DNA of 64,000 nucleotides from Marsupella aquatica (lineage: Eukaryota; Plantae; Marchantiophyta). The stretch lies in NCBI GenBank assembly GCA_973895155.1, contig OZ316893.1, positions 6,085,239 to 6,149,238 on the forward strand, given 5' to 3'. Made by a program: the position numbers and the translations under genes. The notes under the pieces are model-generated. The model worked only from the letters and a program-made list of their open reading frames with translations, was not told the origin of the DNA and did not search any database. This document shows positions 37,401-49,700 of this stretch, piece after piece; position 1 is the stretch's first letter, and each line of letters begins with the position of its first letter.

Positions 37401-40374
37401 GTTCCAAATTCCCCGGAACTGTATTCACCGCCGTTATCCGATCGGAGATATCTCACCTTATTACCAGTCTGATTCTCAACTTGGGCTTTCCACTCCTTAA
37501 AAGTGGCAAAAACATCAGACTTACTATGTAGAAAGTATATCCACACATACCTTGAGTAATCGTCTATGAATGTGACATAGTATAATCATCCAGAATGTGA
37601 GAGAGTAGGGGCTGGACCCCACACATCACTATGTACATACTCAAGTACCTCCTTGCTGGTGTGAGTTCCAACTCCGAAGGGTTTCCTGTGCTGCTTTCCT
37701 AGCACACAGTGCTCACAAAATTCCAACTTACAAGATTGCAAATTAGAAAGTAATCCTTTCTTCTGAAGAATAACCAAACCTTTTTCACTCATGTGGCCCA
37801 AACGGAAGTGCCACAGTCGGGCCGTCTCCTCATGAGATAAGGTTACATTGGCTTCATCACAAACTACATTGCCCTCCAAAACGTATAGATTGCTATGTCT
37901 CTTTCCCTTCAATACAACTTTAGTACCAGTTGAAACCTGAAGGACACCATTAGCAGAGCTCCACTGATGGCCATTTGCTTCTAAAACTCCAAGTGAAATG
38001 AGATTTTTCATCATGTTGGGAATATGTCTCACATTCCTCAACGGTCTCACAACACCATCAAACATCTAAAATCTTACAGATCCAAGTCCAACAACTTGAC
38101 ATGGGATTCCATTTCCCATCAATACTAACCCGTTGGAAACCGTGTAAGAACTGAAACAATCTCTCCTAGAGCAAATGTGAAAAGTACATGCACTATCTAG
38201 AATCCAGTCATCACTCCCTGGATTTGACACTACGTTGAGAGCATAACCTTGACATCACAATATGTCATCATCATCGAGTAAATCTACCTCATGCGAGCTT
38301 GATGCCGCGTTAGCAGATGCAGTAGGGACCTTTACTCGACAATCCCTTTTCATGTGGTCAGGCTTGCCACAATTCCAACATGCAAGAGGCTTCCTTTCTT
38401 GCGATTTCCCTCTGGATTTAGATCTCCCCCGTGATGTAGATCTAAACCTGTTCTGTCCATTTGAGCGCTGCGCTGCTCTCCCACGGTTCACATTCAGCGC
38501 AGTGCCAGAAGAAGATGCTGTCTGTGATTGACCCAACTTCTTCTGAGCATCATCAGACAGTAAAGAGCTCACCACCTCATTATACGAAATGGACTTCAGA
38601 TCTCTGTACAAGAGCACCTGTTTCAAGCCCTAATATGACGGCGGTAAGGAGCTTAGCAGAAGCAAGGCCTTATCCTCATCTTCAACTCCTTTTCCCAGGT
38701 TTGACAGATCCACCGCTAGACTGTCAAACTCATCCAAGTGATCCTGCATCTTGCTCCCTTCCTTGAGCCTGAGGCTCATCAAGAGAGACTTCTTGTACAG
38801 CCGGTCTGACGCATCTTCCCGGTAGTACTTCTCTCTTAGAGCCTTGAATAGTGATGCGCAATCCGCATAATCATCCAGCTGCTTGATGATGTGCGGCTTC
38901 AGATAAAGCATCACTGCATTAACAGCAATCACCTGCTCCTGTCTCCACTGCTTTTCTGAGATCTCCTCCTCTCCATCATACTGCTCTCGCGAAGAGAGCA
39001 GATGAGCTAAGCCCATGGCCCGAAGAACACCCTTCACTTGCTTCTCCCACAGCAAGTAATCAGTACGACCATCGTGCTTCTCCACCTCAAACTTTACTCC
39101 TCCGAATCTAGCCATCTCCCTCTTCTTCCCAACTACCAACAGCTCTGGTAGTAGTACAGCTTCCTCCACTGCACGCCGCACCGGTGATCGTACCGGTGTT
39201 ACTTGTTCCTCCTCAAATGGTAGCAGCTCCTCCTCAGACTCTCCGTCTGACCGTCGCGATCCTGAAGCTCCACCGATGCCAATTCTTCCAGTATCCTCCG
39301 AGTCACTCATATGAAACAATCACGAAAAAACATCTTTTTTCGAAACTTCTCATAAAACTCAAAACTCAACACCGCTGCGTAGCCCATGAAGCTAGGAGTC
39401 CAATACTGAAAGCCAAAATCAAAATCAAAATTCGACGGAAAAGTTATTCAAATTTCGGTCGGGGTGGGTAAAACCTTGGGAAACTCCCCCGTCTTGACCA
39501 CCTCAGAGAATAACCGAAATACCAAGTACAACCTGTCGTCGGAATCGCGATGTGATCGGTGCGCCGCGTTGCTAACTCCAGTGGCAACGTCCTCACCAAA
39601 AAAAAACCAAAAAAGTTACCGTTCGGCGGACGGAATCTTTGTCGAACGGCCAAAAAACAGCTCTCTGTTTTTCGGGAATATTCCCGCACAGTACAGCAGG
39701 TCTCACAGGGGGCCGTTCCCCCTGTCGGAGCGGTTAAAACGGAGGGTGACCGGTCCCGGGACAAGAGGAAAAGCAAGGGGAAAGAAAAAGGCTTAAAATA
39801 GGGCCAGCGAGTACAAAGGAAAAAAGCGCGCCGTCGCGATGGCAGTAGCAGGGACGCGAGGGCGAGGCCCTAAGGCACGGCACGGCCGGCCGAAGGGAGG
39901 CAAGGGGCGAGGAGGGCGGGCGCGGGGTCGCAGGCGTAAAGGCCAGGGGGAGTGGCGCCGGCTGAGCCCGAGCACGCACTTCGAGCAGGGCAGCAAAGGG
40001 TCGGGGGTCGCAGGGGGCATTGGCGGCAGGCAAGGAGCATAGACGACATTCGTAACGGCAAGCCCATGAACCATCCAACGCACAATAGTCGACACAGAGA
40101 GATACGTGGTTCACCTCCACATGAGGCTACGTCCACGGGAACACACAAGAGCTTTACTGCACTCTAGGCCGACCGGCCATACCAAGCATCCACAGCACAA
40201 GCTCTCCCTATCTCTCAACTAGCTCCGTAACAATGAGCCTAAGTTCCACCAGGGTCTGGCATCAGCCCTGGCTATATACACAACAGCACTACCGCTAACA
40301 TTAGCTAAGTCCTAACCCGAGTTAGACTAACCGTGGTTAGCACATGAGTCACAAGACTAGAGCAATATCTAACA
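34493..40374 (-). mobile_element. Ty1/copia LTR retrotransposon, full length but defective
   Basis: LTRs 34493-34836 and 40035-40374, identical over the shared 340 bp by eye; 5-bp TSD ccact (34488-34492, 40375-40379); PPT aagggggagtt at 34837-34847; domain order gag-PR-IN-RT-RH. Confidence 0.96.
35043..39319 (-). pseudogene. Copia gag-pol, disrupted
   Basis: Gag LLLSSLP and CWNCGKPDHMKRDC knuckle, PR WILDSA, GAG-pre-integrase WHFRLGH, IN SDNGGEY/PQQNGVSER, RT YKARLVAKG/SLYGLKQ/YVDY, RH KHIDIRYH/ADAFTK; in-frame stops at ~38630, 38255, 38066, 37586 and a frameshift at ~36540. Confidence 0.93.
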
Positions 40375-42009
40375 CCACTACCGCCATGATAAAAATAGTC
40401 AAATGATCAATGAATGCGCTTGAAAATGGCAATACTCCATTGCACAATGCATACAAACAATTCCAAAAGAAGACAGACCTGAAGGTGTCGGGGTACACCC
40501 TAAACCCTAAACCTTGAAACATGGGACGACGTAGTTCATTGTGTCTTCAGGTATTAACCCGTTGAATCCTGTGGTAATGGCATCGTTGCTTGTTTTGATG
40601 AACCGCGGTAGACTACGGTGACCTGCGGGTGGACTAGACGCTGTAGACTGCAACAACAAGCGTGATAGACTGGGCCTAGGAACACACTGCACTACAAGGC
40701 AATGGGTGTGGTTAACAGTAGGCACCACACAAAAACAGGTATAGACACCACAGAGGAAAAACAGGTGTCTGGGTCATTAAGAGGGTCCCACTTGGTAAAA
40801 AAAGTTTCATGAAGGCCCATCAGGTAAACAAGTTTCACCAGGGGACCCATCAAGCATATATCTCACTACACAACTATCTTCTGGGCTTTGCCTTTTGGGA
40901 CTGAAAGCAATTCTGTACATCTACATGATGTATTATGACTGTCACACTTCATGGAGAAGAATGCACCATCACATTTGGGCAAATCTTGTGATAATTCTTC
41001 CATACTCTACTAAACTTAGTAAGGGTTAGGCCACAACAAGTTCAGGACTACCAAATGGATAGTCCACAAATTCATAGTCCATAATAGTTCAGGATTGGTT
41101 GCATACCCACTCTGGATCAAACATTCTGGATTTGATTTACAGCAAAAAGTTATGGACTATGAATGAGATTGGTTGCATGTATGCCATGGCTATTACTCAC
41201 TGTAGAGGCAAGTGAAGAGAAAACCAAAACACTTTTACATAACATTGTGAAAACATTATGACCATTCATTTATGGGGTAAAGCTACCATTCTCAAATCTG
41301 AAGCAGGTCCTGCTTTAGAAGAAGTCTAGGGCACTTCTTGTTTAAACCAATGCAAACTAGAAAGCCACTTATTGTTCTAAATATATACTCAACACCAAAG
41401 ATCTTTTGATTGAACTTCAATACAATAATTCAAATCCTCCAAATGAAGGAGTCAAATTTTATAAATGTTATAACCAATTTTGGAGGTGGCCTAAAGTTCT
41501 AGATAAGCATGCCATGTCAACATTTACCTGGGCTCGCTTGCCATGGAGGATAGATAGACACCATGCTTATTGGGGGGAGGGGGGGGGGGTTTCCTACAAA
41601 GTCAACTGCAACAGTTTCCACTCATTATAGGGTCCAGATTATTTCAATCTTAGAGGAAATGAAAAGACAATTATAAGTTCTTCATGTCCAGTCAACCCCC
41701 ACCCCTTGCATTTCCTACCAACGTCCCATGCTAGCTTTTGCTTAATGCAGTTAGTGTATTTTCTCTTTGTAATTAACAGTGCAGTGACATAGGAAAAAGC
41801 ACATTCAAGATTTGGTTTGGTTCATAATAAAACTTTTTGTCTACTTTTACTAAAAACAGTAACAAGAAATCTTTTCTTGTGTATTAATGTCTCGTGGCAA
41901 TAATAGCCCCCCAAAACTGGAGCCAAAGCCCTTGTTTTTCAGGCCAGTTTTCAGGGCATAATTGTACACAATGCTACGCATACAGGACATCACTATCTTC
42001 CTTGAAATT

Positions 42010-43730
42010 GTTTTTCATTTTTAAAGTAACCTGGCCACGAAAACCCAGTGGCAGCTAGGGGGGAACATTCCTCCCTCCATTCTATGCCTAAACATAACCA
42101 CTGGGAGGGCGGCCAGTAGACAGTAACAGCACAGACAACAAGGCAGCATCACAGCCAAGGCACCGCCGAACCCCCATGTTACCCGCAGGGGGAGACCCAG
42201 AATGCGAGAACGTTGCAGCCCGGTCAAACACTCTATAAAGGACCAGCTGGACAAGACAGGGTCTCATCTGGAGGAGATACTCACAATGCATCTATGCAAT
42301 CAAAATATTCTTTCCTGATTAAGGATCTCTTTCACTTTTAGCAATCTAGTGTGATGCCTCCCTGGGACAAGCATAGACCAACAATGGCCACATGATCAGC
42401 AGCTTCTGATAAAATGAATCTAAGGTCAAATTTCCTGCGGCCGTTTGCCCCGAGGTATGCCTGGAGCATCTATGTATTTTGCCCAGCCCCAGTAAACCAC
42501 TTTGATATTAGGAGAGCATCAGCAACAAAAAATCCTTGAGGCCAAGTCCTCCCTCCACTCTATGCCTAGCATCCTGGCCCATGAAACCAGAGGTACCCAG
42601 TTACCCCCCCTCTGGGTTGTATCCCCACAGAAAATCTCGGCATAGTGCAATCAGTTTCTTAGCCAAACCCCCTGAGGCCTTTAGGAACCAATTACAGTGG
42701 TATATAGGAATGGCCTGTAGTATGTGTCTAACTTGCAGTACTCTTAATGACAAAGACAACAATTTGTTTGCCCATGAAGAAAGCCGCGCTCCAACCTTGT
42801 CTAGAACAAGTTAAGCGGTGCAGCTGATCGATCCTCAAATCCACTTCCATAGGGCCCCCCAAGTATTTATGTGTCTCCCTGTTTTTGCTAATCAGGCAAC
42901 CAGTGGTTGTCAACCATTGAGGGATAGATAGTATGGGTAATGAAAGGAATCACTACTGATTTCCTCAAGTTAAGTTTTGCTCCTGTAGCTGTCTCATAGC
43001 AGTTCAACACTATTTTGGCCATGTGAAAACTTCTCTCAGTTGTAGGGATGACCATTCCAATGTCATCTGCAATAGTCTGTAGCAGATTGTTAGTGCCTCA
43101 GAGATTTTAATCCCTAGTAGCTAGCCTCCCAGCCTTCAATTCCTTATCCATGAGATCCATAAGCGGTTGAGTTGATATTACAAAAAGCAATGGTGACGGT
43201 GGACATCCTTGTCTAACTCCACGTTTCAGCCGAATGGTCTTAGCCAGCAGGCCATTCACCATTGCTCGTGACGTATCATCTGTTAATAGAGCTTGAACCA
43301 GCTTAATAAAGTGACTACTTATCCCTAATAAATGTGTCGTCTCCCATATGTACTCGTGGTTAACTCTATCAAATGCTTTCTCAAAGTCCAGCTTGAGAAA
43401 TAGAGATTCCTGTTTCCTATTCTTCACCCAATCACATGTCAACCAGGCAAGTGATATGTTCTCCAAAATGTTCTTGCTAGGGATAAACCTTGTCTGTTGA
43501 GCATTTATCAATTTAGGTAATATGAGCTTCAACCTAGTAGCCTCAATCTTAGCAATGAGTTTATATATCGCATTCAACATATGTACTAGAGGTCTCCAAT
43601 CCTTCGGGAACAGGTTGTCTAGTTTTTTAGGGATAAATTTAATGATCCCATCTTTTACCCTTGCTGCCAACTCACCAGTCAGCCTGAAAACGTGTATCAT
43701 AGCAGTCAGATCAACCCCTGAATGAACTCT
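42010..43730 (-). mobile_element. 5'-truncated, degenerate LINE (L1-clade-like) RT fragment
   Basis: ORF 43107-43700: DWRPL..LNAIYKLIAK, KLDFEKAFDRV, RGVRQGCP.SPLLF; frameshifted ADD at ~43065, KYLG at ~42860; boundaries approximate. Confidence 0.85.
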
Positions 43731-46524
43731 TAATTAATATTATTTTCCCTTCATACTTGGCCCTAGCTTAATATGTACTAGATCTATTCAAGAGTTTGTT
43801 GCACGTGTAAGACTTTCATTTTTTAATTAACTCACTAAGGTACATTAAAAAATATCATTCTATTGTGCTAGAAGACAAAACATCAAATTATGTTCCAGTA
43901 GGGCCAGCTCAAATATTGAGCTATTCTAAGTGCATGTACCTGGCCTTCATGGCCATTGCATAGAGGGGAATCAGAAGAAATTCATTGTATCTACCTACGA
44001 TTTTGGTGACCACCTTGTGAGGTGACCTTGCTGATTTTGTTTCTTAACTGATCCTCTAACCTGGGTTCCTTTGACAATTTTTGGGGAGTCTTACAATAAG
44101 CTTGTTTGATGCTTCTGTCGGATGCATCATGGTGCTTGAAAGTAATATTTGTGGTTACTCTATGTATGAAATTTCTAAATTTGTTGTGTCAAGAGCATGA
44201 AATAGTAAATAGGAAACCTTAACAAGTTGTCGTCCCTATTTGCTCCCATTCTTGCAGGGTCCTTGCATGATTGTTCATTAACTAGTATTTGTGAAGCAAA
44301 TTATCTTTTTTGAACGTTCAATATTAGTACATCTTACAACATACTTACCCTCTTAAAAATGACAAGTGAAGAACCCTTGCACAACATTCTCTCAAATTAG
44401 GTAAGAAGAGCAACAAGTCTAGAAAATCATTAGGGAGGTTTAAAGCTGACAGTTTGATGGACCTGAATTTCCTAGTTACAGGTTATGGACACAAAAACTT
44501 ATGTACTATGATATTCATAGTCCATAAAATTTTGCAGTACTATGATAATTATTCATAATCCATAAATTTTACCCACAAAGATTGGTCCTATGCTATACCT
44601 ATTAGTCACTCTAAAGGCTGATGACAGAAAAAAACAAAAAACCCAGGTTCCTGGGAAGACTCCAAAACTAGGGTCAGCGGTTCAGGATAATTTGTATAGG
44701 ACTAAATTTGCCCTATCGCGAGTGGCTCTTGATCAATGTGAATGTGTTCAAGGCATATTCCACCTACAACTCCCATTCCCATATTTTTCTATTTCCCACC
44801 AATATTTATTTTTTTGCCGCTGGCTGCTTTATTTACACAACCTTGTGAAAAAGTTATGACCATTCGCCCTATTAATTGCACACATTTTGACCTACACACA
44901 AAGGGCATTCTACTGGTTTGGAGGGTCCATAGATACCTCCTAGTTCATGCACAAGGAGCTCAAATATTGCAGAAGCGACAGTGGTGGATTCACCCCATGC
45001 GCATGCCACGTGCGGCAACCGAATGCAAAGCTACGCTTGACACAAGACGATACGAGTAATACCACTTTGGAGAAATGCTTCAAATAAAGACAAGATGCCA
45101 CCTTCGCTGATGCCCCGAGAACTGCAAAGCCAAAATGTTCACCTATAAAACACTAGAATTCCTAGGGAAGGTAAAAAAGTTAACATACAGGCTGATTGGC
45201 TTGCAGGATCAGACACAAGGCAATCGTGCATGCACGAATTGCACGATAGATCACTTGGACGCTGAGCTTGTCCTTGACTGCTTGCATGGTGAACGACCGC
45301 TACTGACTTTTTAGCTACCTAGCTGTATAGCTTCGTAGCTTGTACGATGCTCGTTGAGGATCTTCAGATGCGTGCCCTGGAGCCAGCAGCTGTGGCACCA
45401 TTCCCCAGTCGTATTAGCTCACCGGCCAAAGAGATCCAAGCCTTCCAAGGGAATGTAAACGCCTAAAGCATGTAAACCAAGGTTGGCCAGAACCTTGGCA
45501 GAGTAAAAGCCTGGGAGCCAAGTTTGTGTGTACCAATTAAAGTGCTGCTCAACTGCTCTGTCTTACAGTCTCCGAGTAATTTTCATCCTGAGAAATCTCT
45601 AGCAGTCTAAGGAAACAAAAACAGAATTTGAATAATCTTCTCGTGAGAAATGGTTAAGGAAACAAATTTAGAATATGCAGAACCTGCTCACGTTCAGTGG
45701 CAAGGTAACAGAACAAGATTCAACTCTACTAAGAAGCCAAAGACAAATCAATTCCTGCAAAAATACTTGCTGAAATTCTAAATTTAGAAAATGATGAATG
45801 AGTACTACCTTCAAGTATGCAAGAGCACTTTCATGAATGCAAGCTCCGACAGAAAAGCACTACCGTAGTCGTCATTAGGTTCGCGGTGAAAATAATTAAA
45901 TCCAGAAAATTGGACGGCCAGCGCACAAATTCGTGACTGCATACGTGTCAGGCCGGGAAATTATTTTTTACAGTCCGTGAAACAGTTCAATCTTTTTTTT
46001 ACCAGTCCCGTTTCACCCACTTTTACTGGGAATTATTAAAATGTGGGACTCATTCGGCCCGGGTACTCTTGGACATTTTTTCCCGTCATTGAAACACGAG
46101 ACATGAAATTTCGCACCATTTACGACCGCGATGTGCAAGGCAATTCACGGAGCACACATTCATGGCTCACAGGAAGACATTCATGATTCACAGGCCCACA
46201 CGTAGACAGATCCAATGTTTCATGGAGAATGCAGGAGTGTTATTCAGATGTTGAAAGCCAAATCATCCACAAGCGGATGGAGGCCTACTTCATTGACAAA
46301 TTCAATGAATCGTGGAAGATTCAATCCGAACAAAATTTGACAAAATCACAGAATTGAGTGTGTACACACTTAAAGAAGAGCATACAGGCAAAACGCCCTT
46401 AAGTGCCTTCGAGCTTCTATCGATAAAGTTACTACGGCTCATCAACTACACTATAAACTACTTGGAATACTCTAATCTCTCTAAACTACTTAGAACGTTG
46501 TGGTCGTTTGGCAAGCGTTTTGGT

Positions 46525-47166
46525 TCACGGGGCTCGTCCATAGCGCCGTCTAATACTCGCCCGAGCTTCTTCAAGCATCGCAGCCTCCTCCCGTTGTAAA
46601 CGCCTGTCAAAGTTTGTCAAAGCATTGTCGACGATGCGACGAACATGTGTGCCAACCTCATCTTGTACAGCAGCGCTGGCGCGAGGTGATTCCGCATTGT
46701 CGGGAGGAGGCGTTGCCTCCCTTCGCGATTGGTTGGGCGGACGGTTATCTGACGTGAAATGCTTCGGATCCAAGTCGTATTGGTCCTGTGGAATGGATGA
46801 AAGTTGGAAGAAAATGTCGGCAAGAACCTGCACTGCAATTGCATACACATCCACTCCAACACATTTGAACAGAAGCTCCTTGCCAAAGCAAGTCCTAAAA
46901 GCCTCCTTTGATGCGTTGGTCCAATTGCTAACATTGGTGCAATAGAGTGTCTGATAATGCATACGTTGGGGTCCATGAGCTGGACTTGAAGGATCCTCGG
47001 GCCTGGGCGAGAAGAGTGACTCGCACAACATTGTATCATAGTTCACAGGACATGGCAGCAAGCGAGAACGGTTGTAGTCTACCGGTGTCAAGCTTGAATC
47101 CGCGTTCGACATGGAGCTCCTTACACAAGTCCCACACAATGAATCAGAAACAATCCCCAAATCCAC
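46525..47166 (-). CDS. Unknown accessory protein of the pogo-like element (last exon of a probable spliced gene)
   Basis: 213-codon open frame with a globular-looking core, Pro-rich linker and C-terminal charged helix; candidate acceptor (GTCGCAG, ~47177) and an upstream small exon (~47388-47433, TTGCAG...GTACGT). Confidence 0.5.
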   Translation of the reverse strand: MDLGIVSDSLCGTCVRSSMSNADSSLTPVDYNRSRLLPCPVNYDTMLCESLFSPRPEDPSSPAHGPQRMHYQTLYCTNVSNWTNASKEAFRTCFGKELLFKCVGVDVYAIAVQVLADIFFQLSSIPQDQYDLDPKHFTSDNRPPNQSRREATPPPDNAESPRASAAVQDEVGTHVRRIVDNALTNFDRRLQREEAAMLEEARASIRRRYGRAP

Positions 47167-47735
47167 ACAAAAGGAGCTGCGACGCCAGAGCGAAGTCGAT
47201 TAGGCACAATGCAAGACACCAGAATGAGTTAGTCCTACCAGGCAAGCCAAAATTTATCCCAAATCCAGTAAAATCGACCCGTTGTGTCTTCAGTGCCGGT
47301 TACGCTCCTCACACTTCGTCATTAAGACATTTCGAGATGACACAAGCAAAGTTTGTACTGGCCAAAGTAAATCAAGAATGTACGTACCTCCAAGTGGGTG
47401 GAGATGTTGACGTCTAACGTCCAATTTCGCTCCCTGCAAGTGTACTTGATTGGCACTTGTGGGATGCAAACCCAGACTATTAGCCTCAACTCCAATTAGT
47501 CATTCATTGAGCACATACAAGGAGAAAAAAACCTCTGAAATCCTTTAGTTAATCTTGCATTCCAAAATGTCTCCTTGCGGACGAACTACAGGACTACAGA
47601 ATACAAACGGCAAGTGCTAATCTGTAACTAACTACCGCAAACAATTTAACCCAAGCCTCCTGACCATCCCCAAACAAAATCGCGCCGTCTAGATTGGCAT
47701 CACAATCCAAGCTGCAAGAGCTTCAGCCCTTTCTC

Positions 47736-49700
47736 TCAGGTGTTTGCATATGGAGTTGTAGCATAGGGATCCGTAAGGTATGTTTGAAAGTCTGTAGGAC
47801 CACTATTAACGACCTGTGTGAAATCAAACAATCGATCATCCGAGATGTCACCGATCATCGCTAACTCGTTCAAATCTGGTAAGCGTGTACCACCAGCACA
47901 ACTCTCAACAACTTGGTTCAAATCCAAGTCTCCATCCCACTCCTGCATGAGTACAGCTCCAGGACACGGTTCTGGCTCCAAAGAGGTGTCTCCTCTGGCA
48001 GTCCAATTGTTAAACAACTGGCCTCCCTCCTGAACACTGAAAGCTTCCTCCTGAAACTCTGCAGTCCAAGCTCGCAACAAGCCACACTTGGTCCATCCTT
48101 TCAACAACATATCATTCAAAGCAAAAATATCTATAAATGCTGTGTACAAAAATTCCACTCCTTTCACTCGCAATGTGCATATTGCCAAGTCCAATCTGGA
48201 TGACTAAGGGATGATCCCAGATGAGAATTGATTCGCTATCATCCTGGTGGCCCACACATGGCATTGCTTTTGAAAAGCGGCCTTCAAAGGCCTCTGAACA
48301 ATCACGTCACATGGCTGGAATTTTGAAGTAGTTCCAGCTGGGACAAATAGCAAAGAAATGCAAGGGTAATTAGTGGTCAAGAAAGCTCTGAAGTCTGCCG
48401 ACCTGTGCACACTCCAACAGTCAATCAACAATACCATTTTCTGCTTGCCCACCATTCGGCCTTGCTTCCTACACACCTTCACATACCAGGGGCGCAAAAT
48501 CTCATCTACCCAATCCTTGGAAGTCTTCAAGTTGCTCCAATGATTCTGAGATTGTGTCAGCATCCATCCCAAGTGCCTCACGAGGATAGAAGTTGTGCAA
48601 CTTGGCACAACATTCTTTGTTTTGCCCTCAAAAATCAGCTGCATTGGCAACATATGTCCACTTGCTGTTACTGCCGGAACACAAGTGATGGACCGCTTGT
48701 CATCCCTTCCTGTCACAGAAATCTCTCGTGCTCCTCTCATTGAGTACGTCCTCTCCCCTGCACATGGTACTAGCAAAATGCCTGTTTGATCCATGTTCAC
48801 AACCAACTCAGGTGGGATGTTATGTGCCTTCACTAGGTACGCTAACCTCAAAGCTAGAGTATTTCCTTGCTCCTTCCAGTCTAAAGGAAGCTTTGATGCA
48901 TTGGTAGTACTAGCTCTAAATGTCCAATTCATGACCTTACGCAAGTACCTTGTCACATATGTTTGGCTGCAAGCAAAAGGACCTCCATTCTCAAGCAATA
49001 CTTCGGGTGCCTTGGACATGAGAAACCCCTTCAGCAGAATCTGGGTTGTGATAGAATTCACAACCTGTCCGTTCTCGCGTTGATGCCTTAGGAGAGCCCG
49101 CCACTCATCCTCCAACTCCTCCCTTCCCCTCCAAAGACTCACTCGATGTCCAAGTTGAATTGAACGATCGTTGGTGGGTGCCCCACTTGCATGAATTGCA
49201 TCAATAGCAAGCCTCGTGTTGGTTTTGAATGTCCTCCCGTCAACTAAAAACCATCCTCTCAAGGTGGACTCATTCAACCTGTCAAACAGACCAGGCCCTG
49301 TTGCAGTCGAAGGATGTCTTCGGCGTAGGTGATGAATCGTGGCTGCTGGACTATACTTACATTGCTTCAAAGCATTGTCAATGTGCGGCCAACACTCGAA
49401 GGTAAACCAATTGGTGTACCCTGCAGCTCTCCCCCTTTTCCGGCATGATGAATTAGCTGAGGATTCGCTCGAGTCCCCCACAAGACTTCCCTGTGTGGGC
49501 TCCATGTCTTCTGGAGCAGGCAACACAGTTGCCTTTCGAGGCCTGCCAACTCGTCTCTTTGTCAACTCTTGCGCAGCAACAAGCTCGGCTTGTAGAACTT
49601 TCGACCGCAACGCTGTCTCGGCCAATGTCGCTGCCTCTCTCTCCATCCTTGACATGTACTCGTCCGATGAAATGAATGGAAAACCGAGAGAAGAAGCCAT
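47736..49700 (-). pseudogene. pogo-like DDD transposase (~654 codons) with one in-frame TAG at 48204
   Basis: AT-hook KRRVGRPRK, LNESTLRGW HTH-like segment, VVNMDQTG (D1), LLIDCWSVH (D2), FQPCDV (D3); the frame continues past the TAG (IIP*SSRLDL..TLR..KGWTKCGL). Confidence 0.88.

Larger units (their letters stand above)
33748..40864. mobile_element. Non-autonomous Mutator-like element (~1.2 kb without the nested copia)
   Basis: ~100-bp imperfect TIRs beginning gagatatatg(t/c)ttgatgg at 33748 and ending at 40864; 9-bp flanks actatagaa / actacacaa (7/9); diverged internal ~200-bp duplication at ~34007-34370. Confidence 0.75.

Noticed and set aside
39444-40167. Several overlapping Arg/Gly/Pro-rich ORFs
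   Set aside because: Artefact of the GC-rich copia leader and LTR
40498-40513. Telomere-like ccctaaaccctaaacc
   Set aside because: Only two units inside a TE; insufficient for an interstitial telomere call
41020-44600. Possible element bounded by atagtccata-type repeats at 41050-41170 and 44470-44570 enclosing the LINE fragment
   Set aside because: Could not define TIRs or a TSD
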